A stretch of 64,000 nucleotides of DNA, from the NCBI GenBank assembly GCA_051362555.1, contig CM120646.1, positions 23,002,001 to 23,066,000 on the forward strand, given 5' to 3'. The stretch comes from Lingula anatina (taxonomy: Eukaryota > Animalia > Brachiopoda). The position numbers and the translations under genes were made by a program. A model generated the notes under the pieces. The model worked only from the letters and a program-made list of their open reading frames with translations. It was not told the DNA's origin and made no database searches. The first letter of the stretch is position 1. Every line of letters begins with the position of its first letter. This document shows, piece by piece, positions 62,501 to 64,000 of the stretch.

Positions 62501-63286
62501 ATTCCTTTTGTACATTTTCATCTATCCATGTAGATGCATACGTTACAATGAATTTAAGGTATTTAAACTAAATGAACTTAATCTTAAGGATGCTAAAACA
62601 CCACCATATTTGCTTAATACATTCAGCTGCCATTCATAAAGATAATTTATTAAAATATTAGGATATCTAGATTAATGATCTTCATTTCTACCACACAATT
62701 TTAAAAAAAATTTTGAGAATAAATATTTTCTTTTTTGTCCTAACTTACCAGATTTTGGTGTTTCCTGGGGTTTTACAGGACATCTTCTAATTGTCATTGT
62801 CCCTGGTGGGCCAATCCCTGGTGGCGGAAACAGTGGATTTTCTTGTGTTGAAACTTCTTCAGCTGAAGATAAAAGAAAGAAAAGAGAGCATCAGAGAGGC
62901 CTCCTGGCACTGTACTGGAGTAAGTGTATTCAATGATCAACAGGATACAAGTAACTATCATACATCTTCATACGGACCCATGGGAGATCAAAGCCCACAC
63001 TTGAAAAAAAAGAAGAAACTGCATTACTTCCAGAAAAAGAATGCAATAAGGCTGGTTTTCCAACTCAGAGCTGTCTATCAGCTCTGTGAAACTTTATGTG
63101 AATCTTGTTATCATAAGTAACATGGCAAGCTGATGCTAATATTAATTCTATAAATGTGACTTCCCACACTGAGAATACAGGTAGTACATTTAAATGTAAC
63201 TTACCTGCTGCCAGCAGAATTACAGTGACCAATAACCGTTCAAAATTGAATTCAGATCCACTTGATGATAACCAATAAACTGCCAT
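14317..63286 (-). CDS. Receptor tyrosine kinase paralog B, complete, 22 coding exons, about 1287 aa (SP-EGF-kringle-EGF-4xFN3-2xIg-TM-Tyr kinase)
   Basis: Exons 63286-63205, 62862-62749, 54381-54226, 52110-51847, 51562-51419, 46706-46398, 34324-34242, 26717-26495, 23469-23167, 22997-22704, 21434-21141, 20817-20485, 19707-19552, 18998-18931, 17914-17849, 17133-16956, 16505-16392, 16164-15992, 15813-15691, 15333-15222, 14732-14636, 14494-14317. Total 3864 nt, phases consistent, TGA at 14317-14319. Confidence 0.88.
14636..14732 (-). CDS. RTK-B kinase exon ([29 protein letters not shown])
   Basis: PYPG and GYRM..P..C motifs. Confidence 0.9.
15222..15333 (-). CDS. RTK-B kinase exon ([37 protein letters not shown])
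   Basis: LPIRWM.PE and SDVW.YG..LWE tyrosine kinase motifs. Confidence 0.93.
15691..15813 (-). CDS. RTK-B catalytic-loop exon ([13 protein letters not shown]...[10 protein letters not shown])
   Basis: HRDLAARN and DFG intact. Confidence 0.95.
15992..16164 (-). CDS. RTK-B kinase exon ([19 protein letters not shown]...[14 protein letters not shown])
   Basis: Subdomains V-VIa; phase 1-0. Confidence 0.92.
16392..16505 (-). CDS. RTK-B kinase exon ([26 protein letters not shown])
   Basis: alphaC Glu and HPNVV.LLG motif. Confidence 0.92.
16513..16863. mobile_element. Kolobok-like MITE
   Basis: ttaa-agggataataactctt ... aagagttattatccct-ttaa. Confidence 0.8.
16956..17133 (-). CDS. RTK-B first kinase exon ([10 protein letters not shown]...IGSGAFSQV...AAVKTAK)
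   Basis: Gly loop and VAIK-lysine equivalent. Confidence 0.9.
17849..17914 (-). CDS. RTK-B juxtamembrane exon ([22 protein letters not shown])
   Basis: Phase 0-0; homolog of 135-200. Confidence 0.75.
18931..18998 (-). CDS. RTK-B acidic juxtamembrane exon
   Basis: [23 protein letters not shown]; homolog of 1478-1545. Confidence 0.75.
19552..19707 (-). CDS. RTK-B transmembrane exon
   Basis: [26 protein letters not shown] followed by KKKHR. Confidence 0.88.
19762..20260. mobile_element. PIF/Harbinger-like (Tourist-type) MITE
   Basis: TTA duplicated at 19759-61 and 20261-63; TIR ggcttc.ttcacatggaaagtctattttctaaaaat plus subterminal inverted blocks; absent in copy A (about 2195). Confidence 0.8.
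20485..20817 (-). CDS. RTK-B Ig domain 2 exon
   Basis: [17 protein letters not shown]...GYYECQASN. Confidence 0.88.
21141..21434 (-). CDS. RTK-B Ig domain 1 exon
   Basis: [16 protein letters not shown]...DDGAQLTC. Confidence 0.88.
21894..21948. repeat. (TA)n microsatellite expanded in copy B
   Basis: Long TA run; the paralogous site near 4466 has only a few TA units. Confidence 0.9.
22704..22997 (-). CDS. RTK-B FN3 domain 4 exon
   Basis: WSEP..NGRITEY...[14 protein letters not shown]. Confidence 0.9.
23167..23469 (-). CDS. RTK-B FN3 domain 3 exon
   Basis: SATVHWRPP...ITGY...[13 protein letters not shown]; 303 nt. Confidence 0.88.
23856..24247. mobile_element. Internally deleted Kolobok-like MITE (same subfamily as 2346-2987)
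   Basis: Shares both ends with 2346-2987. Confidence 0.7.
24671..26368 (-). mobile_element. Helentron-type non-autonomous element (HINE/DINE-1 architecture), family A, copy 1
   Basis: Subterminal IR ttgtaccaccag / ctggtggtacaa; hairpin gaggcg-atac-cgcctc; GGCGGAGCC microsatellite; about 3 units of the 146-bp repeat; A/T-run insertion without TSD. Confidence 0.75.
26495..26717 (-). CDS. RTK-B FN3 domain 2, second half
   Basis: KITDQDWKC...[20 protein letters not shown]. Confidence 0.8.
32481..32545. repeat. (TA)n microsatellite
   Basis: Long perfect TA run. Confidence 0.9.
32645..32867. mobile_element. Degenerate MITE with long imperfect inverted arms
   Basis: ctccaaggggaattctcgctaaattgc versus gcaatttagtgagaaaccccttggag. 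Confidence 0.45.
34242..34324 (-). CDS. RTK-B FN3 domain 2, first half ([28 protein letters not shown])
   Basis: cttccag acceptor, gtgagt donor. Confidence 0.8.
35190..36510. repeat. Tandem array of a 146-bp monomer (about 9 copies) inside HINE-A
   Basis: gtaggtcaaaggtca (or a close variant) recurs at 35241, 35387, 35533, 35679, 35825, 35971, 36117, 36263, 36409. Confidence 0.95.
37407..38124 (-). repeat. BEL 3' LTR
   Basis: Direct repeat of 44644-45361; sense TGTAAC...GTTATA; AATAAA about 35 nt from its 3' end. Confidence 0.93.
38672..44659 (-). CDS. BEL/Pao Gag-Pol polyprotein (1995 aa)
   Basis: Three Cys/His knuckles (CTYC..GH...C, CFGC...GH...C, CGTC...H...H); protease LLDTQS; RT YVDD; RNase H HFSDAS, PRLEL, WTDS, NPAD; integrase HHCC and D-D-E (MDCFGP, SDQGSNF, GGVWER); PR-RT-RH-IN order. 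Confidence 0.96.
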   Translation of the reverse strand: MSLRYSENESTNSLTKKRTVTMTEKGKEYSVEIQGKRCKRLFGELSKIMERCNAIIKEGGSSTLLREEYAEWLQNCDQYFEIEDNLLKLQSHSDTSVIDEPRRKILLEFKRIMEQKLSSVTEHTEDSKSVSTRSSTSSRGSSRSSLLKLEEAQKQAELSIRASAMKVKQELERARLELKFKEEDLEIQTSLRVSQAKVDALNEFDKIHVPSVSLPVTTEAYTTDVSLPATAAVHVPSASLPVTTAVYTPEVSVPVSAAATTPEVPVPVTAAVRLPSVSLPVTTAVYTPEVSVPVTTTVLPPEVPLSATTAVYTSEVPVSATTAVHAHVMSVPATASVYTPAASLPVTAAVRVPSVSLSAPDVSVPIATTAHMHAVSTPMATTDHTPAVSLDGLTEALQQSLSLGRLPVPEPKVFAGNPLLFPEWKNSFSVLIGRKALNATEKLFFLRKYTAGPAAKMIQGAFLRTDEAAFDDAWRKLNERFGDEFLIQKSFREKLDKWPKIPEKDGNALRDYSDFLNAVCDAMPHVKGLTVLNDYSENRKMVNKLPQFVSHRWNRQVTRSMKTEGYPSFRDFCAFLSEESEVACNPITSPLVNKVHDTVRALNVNAGVAEKKLCTYCEKEGHYISRCHDFGALTISKKREFVVKKNLCFGCLGQGHRNSDCRRKHVCGTCKGKHPTCMHEERQPPTSRETQSVNSLKVNQHHRQSSTTMIVPVWVSTQENPEHEVLTYALLDTQSDTTFLLEDTAAALNAETEHATLSLSTMSSQKSLIDSKKIRRLRVRGFKSTETLEIDQAFTREFIPADRTQIPTRKTVSDWQHLKPLLNKIPPLQTCDVGLLIGFNCPRALLPRDTLVGGNSEPYAVQTILGWSIVGCSSRDNLASVCHRVTTKEVFPCMPRDVINALEKDFVHDKTEVEMSQEDLQFLRVQETNIQQLDNGHIQMPLPFRRRPALPDNKSQALQRLDHLRRKFERDPSYRESYMNMVQGIIDRGEAEEAPDDTIKGEVWYLPHHGVYHPQKGKLRVVFDCSATYKQTSLNQHLLSGPDLTSSLLGVLIRFREHPVAVACDIEKMFHQFLVQDNDRNYLRFLWWTNGDITKEPTVFRMKVHLFGATSSPGCANFGLKYLAKSYENEYPLAAEFIKHNFYVDDGLTSSDDADTAIQIIDQARKLCASGGIRLHKFLSNSREVLETVPESERATEVNGVDLNKDRLPVSTALGLQWNVEDDVFQYRAFTSEVKAKTRRGVLSTVASVYDPQGFLSPFILIGKQILQQMCKENSAWDEGLSNDLMPQWEKWSEELKDIQNIKVARCFIPKNFGTVTRRKLHHFSDASLSGYGQCSYIRLVNEKNEVHCSLVMSKARVTPLKVITLPRLELNAAVVSLKMSKVLESEMTEKYRHYFWTDSRIVLGYINNDTRRFKIYVANRVELIKEATSPQQWHYVRSEDNPADHASRGLSVEKLRDSTWFTGPRFLWNPDLEMADMPHNDVQLPEMDLEIKMSSVRSTQTVEKKSMIERLEKFSDWSRAVRAIARLKRRARGIKNASLTTEEERQETATFLIKLAQEQKFEEKPPSSTLNPFKDNKGVICVGGRLGQSSFAFSVQHPVILPKDSYVSKLIVSHFHKRIGHMGRGMTLNEVRANGFWILAGGKLTSEIIHRCVTCRKMRKPVEEQKMADLPSDRVEASCPFEYSAMDCFGPFIVKQNRKEFKRYGLLFTCLCSRAVHVEMLDDMSSDAFINALRCFISIRGKVRQIRSDQGSNFVGAKNEFTAALKEMDAQKVACYLANQDCDFLMNAPHSSHVGGVWERQIRTIRNVLAGVINLCPGRLDDSSLRTLFYEAMAIVNSRPLSIANINDPECAEPLTPNHILTMKSSVPLPPPGNFVSQDMYLRKRWRRVQFLTQQFWSRWRKEYLQNLNKRQCWTRCKRNITVGDIVLVVEPNVSRNSWPLGRVVECIPSKDKLVRKAKICVGTDDLNSLGKRETKPVILERPIQKLVLLIESC
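44644..45361 (-). repeat. BEL 5' LTR
   Basis: Direct repeat of 37407-38124 (offset 7237). Confidence 0.93.
45459..45803. mobile_element. Kolobok-like MITE
   Basis: TTAA-flanked; agggataataactctt / aagagttattatcact. Confidence 0.8.
46398..46706 (-). CDS. RTK-B FN3 domain 1 exon
   Basis: ITVRWN...[16 protein letters not shown]; 309 nt. Confidence 0.88.
47407..48413 (+). mobile_element. L2-clade LINE 3' fragment with (ATT)n tail (ORF 47461-48147)
   Basis: [58 protein letters not shown] motifs; aataaa followed by (tta)n. Confidence 0.88.
50104..50527 (+). mobile_element. Duplicated internal piece of the same L2 (copy of about 47769-48191)
   Basis: Near-identical, with one extra T near 50195 and no tail. 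Confidence 0.85.
51419..51562 (-). CDS. RTK-B EGF-like exon 2
   Basis: [48 protein letters not shown]. Confidence 0.88.
51847..52110 (-). CDS. RTK-B kringle exon
   Basis: CYY...QYAGKVS...CRLW...NYCRN...PFC...YCDIRKC; 264 nt. Confidence 0.9.
52407..54045 (-). mobile_element. HINE family A copy 4
   Basis: Same termini; about 1 repeat unit; unrelated filler at about 52475-52700; absent in copy A (about 9254). Confidence 0.75.
53095..53318. mobile_element. 224-bp MITE, Academ-like (TAG-starting TIR, 3-bp TSD)
   Basis: tagtcaggcggttaag / cttagccgcctcacta; TAC duplicated; other HINE copies show the empty site ccattaccgtac. Confidence 0.72.
54226..54381 (-). CDS. RTK-B EGF-like exon 1
   Basis: [52 protein letters not shown]. 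Confidence 0.88.
   Translation of the reverse strand, partial: RSMSPTNVLMATLAGIASFSASVLQMEKCVTKKLASVLVVVLETTGDLDAC
54961..56690 (-). mobile_element. Complete HINE family B copy inserted in the LINE
   Basis: acaaggcagcatagctgtcaaatgtacagaca ... GAC/GGC microsatellite, atgtacagacacatctgtgtctgtacat; 161-bp units at 56188, 56349, 56510. Confidence 0.78.
57598..61066 (-). mobile_element. 3469-bp non-coding TG..CA insertion (probable very long solo LTR)
   Basis: Splits the LINE RT between IFVDD and FYADN; ends tgtaa / ttaca; flanks atat / acat (imperfect 4-bp TSD); internal tandem repeats at about 57930-58165 and 59625-60035. Confidence 0.6.
62749..62862 (-). CDS. RTK-B N-terminal exon ([37 protein letters not shown])
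   Basis: atcttcag acceptor, gtaagt donor, 114 nt. Confidence 0.78.
63205..63286 (-). CDS. RTK-B start / signal peptide exon ([27 protein letters not shown])
   Basis: ATG at 63286, gtaagt donor; homolog of 11155-11236. Confidence 0.8.
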
Positions 63287-63739
63287 TTCTCAAATGGAGT
63301 ATCGTCTACAAATAAACAAATGATTCACGTTAACATTTGATCATTGTCCTAATATAGTGTTTCAAACTACATATATGTAAATCCTATAATGTTCACTAGT
63401 TCTAACATATATAGATATCCTGTTAGTCATTTACATGTTACATCGAAATACGTACACAGTGACCTGATGTCGATCAACCATTTTCAATCCATTGCCTTGA
63501 AAAAATAAGATGTATCGCATACTCATTACATACACATTATTTCATTTACCTATTATGCATACTTAAAAACATATATATATAATTGTTACATTCAATGTAA
63601 TGGATAGTTCAAAGTGAAAGTAAGTGAAGAAGAATAAAAACACTTGTCCTTTAATTGGTTTCTGGATTTAACAGAACTTTTCCTGACATATACAAAGGTA
63701 CAATTGATGAAAGAATACAAGTGAACACATTCAATTAAA

Positions 63740-63995
63740 TTAAAGGGATAATAACTCTTCGTCTTGTCCAGAAAATGAATTTTACTGGAGTAAACAATTT
63801 TCTCATACTAACCAATGGTAAATGAACTGATTTTTACATTCAAAGTTAGTCCCTGTTTTTTAACCTCATAAGAGATTATAACAAAAAAAAAACACGTTTT
63901 AAAAGAAAAAAAAAAAACAACGACTAACTTTCAATGTAAAAATAATGTAATTGTGAAATATATATAGATCTCATACGAAGAGTTATTATCCCTTT
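63740..63995. mobile_element. Internally deleted Kolobok-like MITE
   Basis: ttaaagggataataactcttcgt ... acgaagagttattatccct. Confidence 0.72.
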
Positions 63996-64000
63996 TATGT

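Larger units (their letters stand above)
54735..62555 (+). mobile_element. Decayed LINE (RTE-X-like, clade inferred), split by two later insertions
   Basis: KYPNDP; GKSPGED; IVPLHKSGD; [14 protein letters not shown]; GVKQ; FYADN (YADD); SKTKIIIF; YAVEVWG; AVRGELGR; IETGR...CKKC...[10 protein letters not shown]; many stops and frameshifts. Confidence 0.8.

Noticed and set aside
14317-63286. Naming the gene ROR, MuSK, Tie or Cad96Ca
   Set aside because: No Frizzled or cadherin domain and the domain order differs from Tie; orthology needs a phylogeny, so no symbol is given.

Overview
AT-rich eukaryotic (metazoan invertebrate, probably lophotrochozoan; taxon is inference) genomic DNA with GT-AG introns. 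It holds two head-to-tail, minus-strand paralogs of a receptor tyrosine kinase, which I assembled by hand from splice sites and exon phases. The domain order is signal peptide - short N-terminal exon - EGF-like - kringle - EGF-like - 4x FN3 - 2x Ig - TM - tyrosine kinase of the Ret/Tie/Cad96Ca type. Copy B is complete (22 coding exons, 63286->14317, about 1287 aa, no stops found). Copy A (ATG 11236) runs off the left edge before its kinase exons. The two kringle exons differ at about 30 of 88 residues with only 2 silent changes in conserved codons, while the flanking EGF exons are about 92% identical, which suggests a diversifying recognition receptor family. Copy B introns are inflated about 4-fold by nested transposons: an intact BEL/Pao LTR retrotransposon that lacks a tRNA PBS and has a possible self-priming fold-back, two families of Helentron-type non-autonomous elements carrying 146-bp and 161-bp satellites, L2 and RTE-X-like LINE fragments, a 3.47-kb TG..CA element, and Kolobok-, Harbinger- and Academ-like MITEs. 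No rRNA, tRNA or CRISPR features are supported. All family assignments come from recalled motifs, not database searches.
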